A stretch of DNA of 63,371 nt, filler included, from Octopus bimaculoides (GCF_001194135.2; 10 parts of 8 records of this genome joined end to end with filler, not necessarily neighbours in it), one strand, 5' to 3'. Numbered from the whole stretch's first letter, positions 12,298 to 23,513 are shown. Numbers and translations: made by a program. The notes: generated from the sequence alone by a model not told the origin.

Positions 12298-12860
12298 CAT
12301 GTAGTAAAATAGGTTTTCAAACTTAAGGTGGCAGTCCATTTAGCACAAGGAAAACATCTTTTCCAGCTGGTTATTGACACACAGTCTGTGTCTGAAATCT
12401 ACTGTGAGCAAGGGAGCGTACTCCTCCATTCTAACCACTAGCAGTACCAACAAATTAATGGTTTCTCTGTAATCTCCCGTCCTCGGGGCTGTATAACCGC
12501 CGGCTAAAGATAGCAGCACACTCGACCCTACTCACAGTATATAAATATTGAAGTGACAGACAGTCACTGAAGTAGCTAGTGCTAAATCTCTGAATGAGAT
12601 CTAAGTAGTAACTCTACTGCATAGTAAAATATATTTGCCAACTGAAGATGGCAGTCCTGCGCAGGATCATGTTACTACCACTTAACACAAAAAAAAACAT
12701 CTTTTCCAGCTGGTTATCGACACACAATGTGCGTCTGAAATATACTGTGCGCAAGGGAGCGTACTCCTCCATCCTAACCTCTAACAGTACCAACAGATCA
12801 ATGGTTTCTCTGTAATCTCCCGTCCTCGGGGCTGTATAACCACGGGCTAGAGATGGCAGC
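12298..12860. repeat. Local direct duplication of about 220-240 bp (copy 1 12298-12517, copy 2 12619-12860), unclassified
   Basis: Cores 12351-12517 and 12694-12860 differ at about 15 positions and share an identical 42-nt block. Copy 2 carries an insertion of about 23 nt. Confidence 0.9.
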
Positions 12861-13270
12861 TCACTGAGATGTTTGAATTCTCCACTGCCTTCATTCATGG
12901 TCATAACAAGATTTTAAAGCCAAGTTTAATGTGTAAGGGAAGAAGGTAAATTTTCTGAAGGTCAATTAAAGGGATATATTTAACGTTGTATCTCACTAGA
13001 GTGAAATCACTTCTCGTTGGCCACTCTTTTTAATCATAGTGATGCTTGTCATCTCTGCTATTCCAAAGGCACAGACAGTACCGATGCTTTGTATGCCCCA
13101 TTTGCAACCCAAGAAGCAAACCAATAACTTTCAAGATCCAACATATGTTCTACTTGTGCTCAGAATATTTAATCAATTGCTAAATTTTATCCATTGATTA
13201 ATAAGTTTCCTTTAATCCTACAGCGTGTGCTAGTGGTATTGAAGGTTTTTGATTGCCATTATGCAGCAAA

Positions 13271-13645
13271 GTGGAGGCGCAATGGCCCAGTCGTTAGGGC
13301 AGCGGACTCGCGGTCATAGGCTCGCGGTTTCGATTCCCAGAACGGGCGTTGTGGGTGTTTATTGAGCTAAAACACCTAAAGCTCCATGAGGCTCTGGCAG
13401 GGGATGGTGGTGAACCCTGCTGTACTCTTTCACCACAACTTTCTCTCACTCTTCCTGTTTCTGTTGTGCCTGTAATTCAAAGGGTCAGCCTTGTCACACT
13501 GTGTCACGCTGAATATCTCCGAGAACTACGTTAAGGGTACACGTGTCTGTGGAGTGTTCAACCACTTGCACGTTAATTTCACGAGCAGGCTGTTCCATTG
13601 ATCAGATCAACTGGAACCCTCGACGTCGTAAGCGACGGAGTGCCA
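13271..13645 (+). mobile_element. SINE family A, full length (tRNA-like head + tail Y with terminal hairpin)
   Basis: A-box-like TGGCCCAGTCGTTAGG, B-box-like GGTTTCGATTCCC, and a 3' end CGTCGTAAGCGACG hairpin followed by GAGTGCCA. Confidence 0.92.
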
Positions 13646-13649
13646 CCTA

Positions 13650-14730
13650 TTCTATGCAGCAAAACAACTTTTCGGCTTGCTTTGCTGGAATCTATGAAGA
13701 GTATCCTTTCTTCAGGATTATGGCCGTACACCATCTCACGCAGGAGTCCTTCAACATCACAACAAAACCAAATACCGTCTTTCTCCCTAAAAATTCATGC
13801 AATTCTGTATGCCGTTTTCGAAAATACGAGCATTTTACACGATCATGTAAAAGATTCCATTGTTTCAACCTGGAGCCCAGTAGTTCTGACTTTTCTTTTG
13901 TTAAATCCAAGTCTCTAACTAAATCATTTAACTCAAGTTGACTTAATAAACGAGGTAATATTTTTGAAGATCCTGGTTCATCACAGTGATTACTGTATCA
14001 CTCGGCACGCCTTCAGTTGAAGTAGATGCAGTACTTTCTTTACTTAAGCTATCTTTGTCAAAATATGAAGGAGATTCTGGAATTGGAATACTTTCAGCAG
14101 CATGAGCAACTAGTTTTAAAGCTGAAGGGCAATCTGGATAAACGATCTTGGATTTGTTCTTAAAGAAACCTGTGATGTTAAGCAGAAATAACAAACGGTA
14201 TAATGGTTTGTTGGTTCGTGCCATATTATTGGTACTGCATATAGCATACGTTTTCGTTTACCACTCAGCCATTGGGTTAGTGCTATGTTGCAGTAGTTTT
14301 TGCAACAAACCTGAGGGGCCCACAGTTTATCTTGGTCCCAAACGTTGCACCCAAAGTAAAGCTTGTAAGCAATTTAAAATTTCTTTGTAAGCTTATTTCT
14401 TTGATCTTTTGGCGTAAATTTTCCACACACTTAACAAAAGCTCTTCGAGTGATTAACACAAACTTTTCTGCTCATCATAAATACATACAGTAATAACCTA
14501 AATCAATATTCAAGGAAGCCTATCAGTAAACTAAGATATAAAATCAATCAACTGTAAATGTTACTGTAAAACATTAAAAAAATTCTCAAAAAAATCATTG
14601 AAATTATTATAGAATGGCTATCCTGAAACAATTTTTCCCTCTAAATTTCAAACATTGATCACTTACTACTAAACTACTTTTCATATATCCTTGGCTCTCT
14701 TATTTGATGTACTTCGTTTTAACAGCACTA
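13650..14730 (-). mobile_element. Decayed DNA transposon, 5' half of transposase (possibly Tc1/mariner-related; superfamily assignment tentative)
   Basis: Frameshifted translation MMSRKVCVNHSKSFC.VCGKFTPK..AYKLYFGC..DQDKLWAPQVCC..VPIIWHEPTNH..CYFCL..KIVYPDCPSA, then DLTKEKSELLGSRLKQWNLL. These motifs are recalled from a widespread metazoan transposase family. Confidence 0.8.
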
Positions 14731-14749
14731 GCAATTATCAAAAAAAGGG

Positions 14750-15112
14750 AGTCTGAGAGGCTTACTAGAACTTAATATCAATAGCCTACTGTGAGGAGAA
14801 CTTTACTATAATAACAGTGATAACAAAGTAAAATAAATTCTCATCTTGTGTGGCAATTTAACAGGTAGCCTACATTTCCCTCTATCAGCTCTTATTTTTG
14901 TTTCAGTGATGAGTATATGAATGAAAATCAAAAGCAAATAGCCTACTACTTTGTCAATATTATCATTTGGTTGGAAAATCTGATGCTGTGAATAACTAAA
15001 AACTATACATGCTGTCTGAAAACTGATGTCAGATTCAGATTCAGTACCCTAAAATGACCCTAAATCAGCCGAAAAAGTTTAAATAGTATGACAAAATAAT
15101 TTTTGTTGCCCT
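14750..15112 (+). mobile_element. Probable 3' end of a related DNA transposon in opposite orientation
   Basis: Ends AAAACTGATGTCAGATTCAGATTCAG..CCCTAAATCAG..TTTTTGTTGCCCTG, resembling recalled 3' termini of the same family. It contains three TAGCCTA motifs. Confidence 0.4.
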
Positions 15113-15156
15113 GGGATAGAGAGAAAACGAAAGAAAACAGTGTGGAGTCGCAGAAA

Positions 15157-15450
15157 TCTATATATACAATGAGAATGTGTGTTTGTCTGTCTGTCTCTCT
15201 GTGTGACATCCCTAAAACTTGAGAACTACACAACCAATTTCATTCAAATTTTACACATGCCTTACTTAGTGTCCAGGTAGTATTTAAGTCCCAAAATTTT
15301 TTTTAGCTTCATGCCTAGTTCGAGCCCAATGCAATATCACATCTCCTCCACTATTGCAGTATTACATGTCAAAAGTGAAACAACATCTCTCAATTGTAAT
15401 GTCAGATATTTTCACTTTAATACTGAAACTATTAAAATGAAACTATTATC
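15157..15450 (+). mobile_element. Non-autonomous Helitron/Helentron-like (DINE-like) element, 5' part
   Basis: A|TCTATATATAC start, (GTCT)n block, and AACTACACAACCAATTTCATTCAAATTTTACAC motif. The 3' CTAG end was not identified. Confidence 0.55.
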
Positions 15451-16166
15451 TCACATATATACAGGTATATATACATATACATACTTACATATATATAATA
15501 TATATATGTCATGTGGATATATATATATGTATGTATGTATACATTTGCACAAATGTATATATATAGATGTATATATATACATGTATATATTTAGATGCAT
15601 ATGTATACATGTATATGTATAGCTATATATATATACATGTATATGTATANNNNNNNNNNNNNNNNNNNNNNNNNNNNNNNNNNNNNNNNNNNNTTAATTA
15701 ATTAANNNNNNNNNNNNNNNNNNNNNNNNNNNNNNNNNNNNNNNNNNNNTATATATATATATATACATATATACATATATATATATATACACACACACAT
15801 AGTTTGTATGGAAAATGGTGATAAGTGAGTATGTATATTTGTGTGTGTATATGTTGTGTGTGTGTGTGTGTGTGTGTGCTAAATTATTTGTTTCATGAAA
15901 ATATAAAGGTCAGTTTAAATGTCCTTTTGTCTTTGTTCTATTCTGCTTGCATGGTTCTTTTATGGTTTCATTTAATGGTCTTTCATTTACTTTTTATTCT
16001 ATTTTTTATTTGCGATTCACTGTAAGTCACCTTATTTCTCATATGAGAAGCATTCTAGATTATAACCCAGTTCCTCATGTAGATGAGTAACACATTACAA
16101 CTACTAAAACGTATTCTAATCAGAATAAATAAAATAGAGATTAAAAAATGAGGTACCTTTTGATAG

Positions 16167-16234
16167 GTCACCTCATGAGATACATCAGCACCTATGATGT
16201 ACCACAACTGTTTATACAGCATCTTACTCATGAG
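16167..16234 (+). CDS. Candidate internal exon of a protein-kinase-like gene (subdomain V to helix E-like)
   Basis: CCTTTTGATAG|..GAG|GTACTC, phase 1 to 0, 68 nt, reading (G)HLMRYISTYDVPQLFIQHLTHE, which resembles GGSL..+..YG.L.E..+..+T.Q. The acceptor is modest. Confidence 0.35.
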
Positions 16235-16315
16235 GTACTCGTGCACAAAAAAATCAAGTACCTTTTTGAGACATGTTAATTCATAAGGGTCAGCTTCCCA
16301 GTCTCTATGGCGTAG

Positions 16316-16719
16316 GCGCAGGGGGTGGCTGTGTGGTAAGTAGCTTGCTTACCAACCACATGGTTTTGGGTTCAGTCCCTCTGCGTGGCACCTCGGGCAA
16401 GTGTCTTCTACTATAGTCTCGGGCCGACCAAAGCCTTGTGAGTGAATTTGGTAGACGGAAACTGAAAGAAGCCCGTCGTATATATGTATATATATATGTT
16501 TGTGTGTCTGTGTTTGTCCTCCCCCACCATCCCTTGACAACCGATGCTGGTGTGTTTACGTCCCCGTAACTTAGCGGTTCGGCAAAAAGAAACCAATAGA
16601 ATAAGTACTAGGCTTACAAAGAATAAGTCCTGGGGTCGATTTGATTCGACTAAAGGCGGTGCTCCAGCATGGCTGCAGTCAAATGACTGAAACAAGTAAA
16701 AGAGTAAAGAGTAAGAGTA
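16316..16719 (+). mobile_element. SINE family B, full length, young
   Basis: Complete head, CORE-like block, internal (AT)/(GT) and AAGAGTA-type tail. Confidence 0.92.
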
Positions 16720-16721
16720 TC

Positions 16722-16899
16722 CAGACAGGATGCCAGTTTATGACAGGGTTACTCATTTTTGCCAGCTGCGTGGACTTGAGTAATGTGAAATGAAATATTT
16801 TGCTCAAGAACACAATGCATCAGCCAGTCCAGGAGTTGAAACCATGATCTTACAACCATGAGTCTAACACCATAACCACTAAGCCACGTGCCTCCACAC
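16722..16899 (-). mobile_element. SINE head C with truncated tail X
   Basis: Minus strand GGAGGCACGTGGCTTAGTGGTTATGG..GTTCTTGAGCAAAATATTTCATTTCAC..CAGCTGGCAAAAATGAGTAACCCTG..ACTGGCATCCTGTCTGG. Confidence 0.75.
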
Positions 16900-17134
16900 A
16901 CCAGTGCATGATGGGTTGAAACAATAGTAAATAATAAAGCATCTCAAGAATTCAATTTTGTTTCTCTCGTATTTTTATGTATATGTGTATATATATGTGT
17001 ATATATATGTGTATATATATGTGTATATATATGTGTGTGTGCATGGATGCAAGCATGTTTGCATCTTTTTGTGTTGACATTGTGATAGATGTAAACGGGT
17101 ATTGCCTTCATACAAGGAGTACTCTTTGTATTCA

Positions 17135-17640
17135 GTCATCATCATCATCATCATCATCATTGTTTAACGTCTGCCTTCCTTGCTGGCATGAGTCTTTTGT
17201 AAAAGCATACTTACCCATAGGACATTATTATCTTGCCTGAAAATTAGCGAGGCCCAAGACCAGAACATACAGCTATAGAAAATTTGCCTCAACAAATCCT
17301 GCCTGGCCTATGCAATCATGGAAAAGTCAATGTTTAAAAGAATGACATCATTATCTTCATCACCGTCAGTTAACATTTCCATGCTAGCATGGATTGGATG
17401 GTTTGACGGGAGGTGGCCGGCTGGAGAGCTGTCCAAACTCCAATTGTCTGTTTTGGCATGGTTTCTACAGCTGGATGTGCTTCCTAATGCAAACCACTTT
17501 ACAGAGTGTGCTGGGTGCTTTTTATGCACCACTGGTACAGGTGCATTTATGCTACACTGGCATGAGTGCACCTCATGTGGTACTGGTATGAACGCATTTT
17601 ATGTGACACTGGCACAAGTACATTTAATGTGGCACCAGCA
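17135..17640 (-). mobile_element. RTE LINE 3' UTR-type repeats (family D) with (GAT)n tails and an internal 24-27-bp subrepeat array
   Basis: CCATGCTAGCATGG and GTTTCTACAGCTGGATG..TTCCTAATGCAAACCACT match 22799-23036. Confidence 0.7.
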
Positions 17641-17999
17641 CATGCAAAGCACATGCAAAGCACATGCCTGTATGCAGGAATGACCACAATTTTATTTAAC
17701 TTGTCGTTTCTTCTCAAGTACAGCAAATCATCGCAACTCCTGGCCACAGATATTGATGGTATATTTTATTGGTGTAATAAATTTTCTACTTTTCAACTTG
17801 TCTTCTTCATTCATTAACATATATTCGTTTCTTCTTCTTTGTTTCACTCTTTTGCCTGTATTTGTATTGTAGGACTGTCCTTTGAGGTATAATCGACCAT
17901 TTCACTTTGCTGGAATAAATAAAAAAGAAAAAAAAAACCCAAAGTAACAGATTTGGAAAAGTTATTGCAAACATACAGAACCAAAACAGCAAGGTATTA

Positions 18000-18225
18000 T
18001 CTCTTATTTTCTGTCTGTTACTTGTTTCAGTCATTAGACTGTGGTCATGCTGGGGCACTGCCTTGAATCGACCCCAGCATTTATTTTTCTTTTAAGCCTG
18101 ATACTTATACATTTGGTCTTTTTTTTTTTTTACCAAAGTTACAGGGACATAAACTCACCAGCACCATTTGTCAAGTGATGGTGGGAGACAGACACAAAGA
18201 GACACACACACAGGTATGTGTGTGT

Positions 18226-18263
<38 letters not shown>

Positions 18264-18401
18264 GATGGGCTTCTCCCAGTTTTCATCTACCAAATCTACT
18301 CACAAGGCTATAATAGAAGACAATTTCCCAAGGTGCCATGCAGTGGGACTGAACCCAGAACCATATGGCTGGGTTTCTTACAAAACAGCCACACCTATGC
18401 C

Positions 18402-18433
<32 letters not shown>

Positions 18434-18590
18434 GCTTCTTTCAGTTTCCATCTACCAAATCCATTCACAAGGCTTTGGTTAGCTTGAGGCTATAGTAGAA
18501 GACATTTGCCCAAAGTGACTTGTAGTGAGACTGAACCCAGAATCATGTGGTTGGGAAGTAAACTTTTTACCAAACAGCCACACCTGTGCC
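18000..18590 (-). mobile_element. Two tandem, degenerate family B SINEs
   Basis: Reverse-complement head blocks at 18260-18400 and 18428-18590, and a tail at 18000-18200. Confidence 0.8.
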
Positions 18591-18762
18591 TATACTTCAA
18601 TATTTCTAGTCAACTAGTTTTCACTCATCAAGCCACAGATGAAACGGGCAGATTTATAGAAAGCTTTAGGGTCTGTTTTTATGCTTCCCATAGCTCTGTT
18701 CTCTCATTCTGCTTTTTCCTTTTCATGAGATGGTTTGAATTGATTTTGTTTTCATTTTCCAG

Positions 18763-18877
18763 GAGTGTCCATCTCAGAATTGACTTCTCATTATCCTTTA
18801 ATTCCCTCCCTACCTCAACTGACTGAGGCTTTTGATCTGTATCTCATCAGGATTTTCTCTGGGGATTTTAGTTGTAG
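18763..18877 (+). CDS. Exon of a protein-kinase-like gene (subdomain X-XI region)
   Basis: Acceptor TTTTGTTTTCATTTTCCAG, donor AG|GTATGC, 115 nt, phase 1 to 2, open frame (G)VSISELTSHYPLIPSLPQLTEAFDLYLIRIFSGDFSC(R). Splicing to 25527 rebuilds D-x3-R-x-T-V..W. Confidence 0.6.
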
Positions 18878-18894
18878 GTATGCTGACCTTTCTC

Positions 18895-19330
18895 TCTGGG
18901 GCATAGGGAAACCCAGGAAGACATGGAAGGGAGTATTGGACAATCTCAGGGTACTGAGTCTTACACTTAAGATGACATAGGGCCAAGGTATTTGGAGATT
19001 TGCTGTACTCAAGAAGACTTTCTCCACAGCAAAAATGTCAATGCTGCTCCCCCTGCTGAAGAGGATTGACTTGCAAGAGCCTTGTACTGGTGCCATGTAC
19101 AAAGCACCCAATACCGGCACCATGTAAAAAGCACCTGTGCCAGTGCCATGCAATAGCTCCAGTGCTGGCACCATGTAAAAGCAACCAAGCTGGTGCCATG
19201 CAAAAAAAACACACAGCACACTCTGTCTAAAGTGGTTGGCTTTAGGAAGACACCAGACCAAATCAGACTGGAATCTGGTGCAGCTCTCCTACTTGCCAGC
19301 TCTGGTCAAACCGTCCAGTCTATCTTCTGG
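18895..19330 (+). mobile_element. RTE LINE ORF end plus 3' UTR (family D)
   Basis: GIGKPRKTWKGVLDNLRVLSLTLKMT..IWRFAVLKKT, followed by the subrepeat array and AAGTGGTTGGCTTTAGGAAG..CAAATCAGACTGGA. Confidence 0.75.
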
Positions 19331-19424
19331 ACCATTCTCAAAAAAGCTTGCTGCTTAATAACTGTAGTTTGCACAGCCCCTGCACATTGTCTTTTGAGGG
19401 GAGTTGAGGGCATTCTTTTATTCT

Positions 19425-20030
19425 TTTACCCTTCTACTTGTTTCAATCATCAGACTGCGGCTATGCTGGGGCACCACCTTGAAGAATTTTAGTCAAATGA
19501 AGCAACCCAAGTACTCATTTTTTTAAAAATCTGGTATTTATTTAATCAGTGTCTTTTGCTGAACTGCTAAGTTAAGGGGATGTAAACTCACCAACACTGG
19601 TTGTCTAGAGGTGGTGATGGTGGTAGTGGTGGTGGTGGTGGTGGTGGTGAACAAAGGCACATACACACAAATCTACATATTTACATATGTACATACATAT
19701 AAGAGGGATGACCACTAAGTGGACATCCATTATGCTAGAAGTAGACCACCTATGGTCTGACCACTAAGAAGAGATTGTTCTCAAGAAAATTCAGCAAATG
19801 CCGGAACATAAGCGAACAAGACAAATGAAAAGATACAAAATATAAAGATTAATCACAGATGTATACATACGATGGGCTTCTTTCAGTTTCCACCTGCCAA
19901 ATCCACTCATAAGGCTTTGATTGACCTGAGGCTATAGTAGAAGACACTTGCCCAAAGTGCCACACTGTGGGACTGAACCTGGGACCATGTGGTTGGGAAG
20001 CAAACTTCTTACCACACAACCATGCTTGTG
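19425..20030 (-). mobile_element. Family B SINE split by low-complexity and other sequence
   Basis: Tail at 19425-19625 and head at 19868-20030 on the minus strand. Confidence 0.7.
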
Positions 20031-20483
20031 CCTATATGACTCTCCACCAGGTAAATGGCTCTACTCAATATGTAGGAAAGGTGTTTGGAGGAATACCAGT
20101 CAATGTACTCAGGGTAAGGTATGGGCACATAAGAGGTGCGGAGGAATCACAAATAGCTTAACAAAGCAGTCTTTGTATGTGGCAGGTGCCTGGGAACAAT
20201 AAACATTAAGGACACTTGGCAATCAGATTTTCTCAAATACTCGAAAAGCTCCCTCGAGGTTGTAGTAATTTCCTTTTACCAAGAGGACCATATTAGCAGT
20301 GGAGGAAGAAATTCTGAAAGTATAGTTGATAGAATAAGATAGATTAAGTTCAGAGTTATTACTTTTGTTGGTTACAAAGGGCTTCTACCTCAGAGTAAAA
20401 GGCTGGTTGTATGACGCTTGTTTACAGACATCTGTGCTACATGGTAGTAAGTCAGGGGCCCCTGAATACAGAGTGCATATGAA

Positions 20484-20982
20484 CTAGCTTTCCGTCAGTT
20501 ACAATGAGTGTTCCTTTTCCTGCTGATCTGACCAACAGAACAGCTTGCTCATGAATATAATGTGCAAGTGGCTGAGCACTCCACAAGCATGTGTACCCTT
20601 AACCCTTTTGTTACCACATTTCTGCTGAGATGTTCTGTATTTCTTTCAATAAATTTTAAATATAACAAAGAATTTAGTAAAATAACTTAGTTACCATCAA
20701 GCTAGTGTTAGGAACATAAATTGTGACTAAGGTTTGGTGGAAGATTTTAATTCAGAACTTTTGAAAACAAGACATTTGTACTACGGACACAGAGGCAGTT
20801 TCAGTCGGGTTGGTATCAAAAGGGTTAGTGTAGTTCTCAAGGAGATTAAGAGTGACACATAGTGGAACAAGCCTGGGCTTTTGAAATATAGGTATGATTC
20901 ATTTTTGCCAAGTGAATGGACTGGAGCAACATGAAATAAAGTTTCTTGCTCAAGGACATGATACACCACTAGGAATCAAAGT
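20484..20982 (-). mobile_element. 5'-truncated SINE (head C + tail Y) inserted in the RTE LINE with an 8-bp TSD
   Basis: Flanked by CATATGAA at 20476-20483 and 20983-20990. It contains tail Y (GTGCAAGTGGCTGAGCACTCCACA) and core C (CATTTTTGCC..GGACTGGAGCAACATGAAATAAAG..TTGCTCAAG). Confidence 0.8.
20603..20824. mobile_element. piggyBac-type MITE (222 bp) inserted at TTAA within the SINE
   Basis: TIRs CCCTTTTGTTACCA / TGGTATCAAAAGGG (13/14 match), flanked by TTAA (20599-20602) and TTAG (20825-20828). The intact SINE reads CCCTTAACGTAG at this position. Confidence 0.85.
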
Positions 20983-21414
20983 CATATGAAGACTGGAGAG
21001 AAAAGAAGTTAGTATGCTCCAGTGGACGTATAACGTCCATCAGTGTGCATGTACGACAACGTGCAAATGTGTTGAGAGAAAAATTTGGCATGAAAGTAAT
21101 CAGATGTAGTATGCAAAGAGAGAAGACTGTGATGATTTGGTCATGTGATGTGTATGGATGAGGAGGACAGCTGGATAAAGAAGTGGCAGTCACTTAAAGT
21201 GGATGGAACTTGTGGAAGAGGGAAATCCAGGAAGATGTGAGATCATGTAGCAAGGGCCAGTCACAAGATGCTGAGCCTCACTGAGGAAACGGCAGTGGAC
21301 CAGGATATCTAGTGAAATGACTTTCTGAAGAAAACTGAAATTCACCTCAGCTGCAATGGACCACACTGTATCTCATCATGTATTATGCTTGTCTCCTCAT
21401 CTGGGCACAACCCC

Positions 21415-21510
21415 TGTAGGGTTGGTGTGAGAGGCCAGATCTGATCGGTTTGGTAATAAAACAGAGAATATTTTGGCTGGATATGGCCAGTTTAAATGCT
21501 AAATGGCTGA
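21415..21510 (-). mobile_element. Fragment of a second piggyBac-like MITE family
   Basis: The reverse complement matches 23043-23105 (CAAAATATT..CAAAC.GATC.GATCTG.CCTCTCACACCAACCCTACA). The end TTAAATGCTAAATGGCTGA resembles an AGGGTTAA terminus. Confidence 0.5.
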
Positions 21511-21519
21511 TGGAATGAT

Positions 21520-21750
21520 TATACACCTATTGGTCTCTTTGTTGAACCACTAAGTTATGGGGATGTAAACGCACCAACACCAGTTGTCAAGTGATGATGG
21601 TGGGGACAAACACAGTCACAAAAATACACACACAAAGATATTTCCGTTTGCCAAATCCACTCACAAGGCTTTGGTTGGCCTGAGGCTATAGTAGAAGACA
21701 CTTGCCTAAGGTGTCATACAGTGGGACTGAACGTGAAACTATGCAGTTGG
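21520..21750 (-). mobile_element. Family B SINE, degenerate
   Basis: Homology to the family B body and head on the minus strand. Confidence 0.75.
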
Positions 21751-21760
21751 NNNNNNNNNN

Positions 21761-21813
<53 letters not shown>

Positions 21814-22169
21814 CATACACACACACTTGCTTGGTGTTTTGTTACTTAAATCCCAACAATTGGTTACTCTTCGGCTAACAAAAAATGTATATATGGGGAG
21901 AAAAATATTGAAAAAAGTCAATATATGTTGTCAGAGAGACAAAGAAAGGAGGTCACAGCAAGGAGGTCACCTTTCAGCTAAACAAAATGTATTTATGAAG
22001 CGGAAAATGTTGAAAAATATCAACATATGTCAGAGTGACACAGAAACGAGGAAGGCGTCAGGTAGTCTAAAAACAACTAAATGGGTGTGCTAAAAATAAC
22101 TAAATTGCTCTTAAATTTTTTGTTAATTTTCAGAATTCTCATATGTAGAACACTAATTTGTAAAAGTTT

Positions 22170-22328
22170 AGGAGTGGCTGTGTGGTAATTAGCTTGCTTA
22201 CCAACCACATAATTTCGGGTTCAGTCTCACTGCGTGGCACCTTGGGCAAGTGTCTTCTACTATAGCCTCGGGCCGACCAAACCCTTGAGTGGATTTGGTT
22301 GACAGAAACTGAAAGACCGTCGTATATA
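22170..22328 (+). mobile_element. Family B SINE head, running into a gap at its internal (AT)n
   Basis: GGAGTGGCTGTGTGGTAA..CACCTTGGGCAAGTGTCTTCTACTATAGCCTCGGGCCGACC. Confidence 0.85.
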
Positions 22329-22798
22329 TNNNNNNNNNNNNNNNNNNNNNNNNNNNNNNNNNNNNNNNNNNNNNNNNNNNNNNNNNNNNNNNNNNNNNNN
22401 NNNNNNNNNNNNNNNNNNNNNNNNNNNNNNNNNNNNNNNNNNNNNNNNNNNNNNNNNNNNNNNNNNNNNNNNNNNNNNNNNNNNNNNNNNNNNNNNNNNN
22501 NNNNNNNNNNNNNNNNNNNNNNNNNNNNNNNNNNNNNNNNNNNNNNNNNNNNNNNNNNNNNNNNNNNNNNNNNNNNNNNNNNNNNNNNNNNNNNNNNNNN
22601 NNNNNNNNNNNNNNNNNNNNNNNNNNNNNNNNNNNNNNNNNNNNNNNNNNNNNNNNNNNNNNNNNNNNNNNNNNNNNNNNNNNNNNNNNNNNNNNNNNNN
22701 NNNNNNNNNNNNNNNNNNNNNNNNNNNNNNNNNNNNNNNNNNNNNNNNNNNNNNNNNNNNNNNNNNNNNNNNNNNNNNNNNNNNNNNNNNNNNNNNNN

Positions 22799-23036
22799 CA
22801 CCATTTTGAGCATGGCCATTGCCAGTACCGCCTGACTGGCCTTCGTGCCGGTGGCACGTAAAAAACACCCACTACACTCTCGGAGTGGTTGGCTTTAGGA
22901 AGGGCATCCAGCTGTAGAAACTCTGCCAAATCAGATTGGAGCCTGGTGTAGCCACCTGGTCCACCAGTCCTCAGTCAAACCGTCCAACCCATGCTAGCAT
23001 GGAAAGTGGACGTTAAACAATGATGATGATGATGAT
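22799..23036 (+). mobile_element. RTE 3' UTR-type repeat (family D), young copy with (GAT)n tail
   Basis: GTGCCGGTGGCACGTAAAAAACACC..GGTTGGCTTTAGGAAGGGCATCCAGCTGTAGAAAC..CCATGCTAGCATGGAAAGTGGACGTTAAACAATGATGATG. Confidence 0.85.
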
Positions 23037-23039
23037 ATC

Positions 23040-23218
23040 CAACCAAAATATTTTAACTGATTTATCATCAAACTGATCGGATCTGACCTCTCACACCAAC
23101 CCTACAATATTTTTCTGAAAATCAGCAAAATCTCAAAGCTACAGCATAATGCACGACTAGCACAAAACAATGAGAATAAGTAAGCATTAGTTCTGACAGT
23201 GAATACTAAAGTGTTAAA
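23040..23218 (+). mobile_element. piggyBac-like MITE fragment (same family as 21415-21510)
   Basis: Internal homology to 21415-21510; ends GAATACTAAAGTGTTAA. Confidence 0.5.
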
Positions 23219-23280
23219 TGTGACTTCTGAGTGGATTTGGAAAACAAACTGAAAAAATCCTGTTGTGTGTGTGTGTGTGT

Positions 23281-23464
23281 ATCATCATCGTCATCCTTTA
23301 ATGTCCATTTTCCACCCTGGCATGGGTTGGAAGGTTTGACCAGAGCTGGCAAGTGGGAGAGTTATTGGCTTGGTTTCTATGGCTGGATTCCATTCCTAAT
23401 GCCAACCACTTTACAGAGTGTACTGGGTGCTTTTCACATGGCTATATACATACATACGTATATT

Positions 23465-23496
<32 letters not shown>

Positions 23497-23513
23497 CATA
23501 CATACATACATAT

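Larger units (their letters stand above)
20035..21335 (+). mobile_element. RTE LINE fragment (PHD-like finger to C-terminus), interrupted at 20484-20982
   Basis: PPGKWLYSICRKGVWRNTSQCTQGKVWAHKRC..; LEVV..FY..DHISSGG.NSESIV.RIR; after the insertion RLERKEVSML..LREKFGMKVIRC..ERRL..FGHVMCMDEE..WIKK..VDGTCGRGKSRK. Confidence 0.85.

Noticed and set aside
12351-12860. Open frames in the duplicated segment (KGAYSS as a kinase Gly-loop; minus-strand ORF 12614-12904)
   Set aside because: Differences between the copies are mostly non-synonymous and motif spacing does not fit, so coding function is unsupported.
17941-17993. KVTDLEKLLQT or near-DFG reading as kinase subdomain VII
   Set aside because: It is preceded by poly(A) with an in-frame stop, has no pyrimidine tract, and its phases are incompatible with the next exon.
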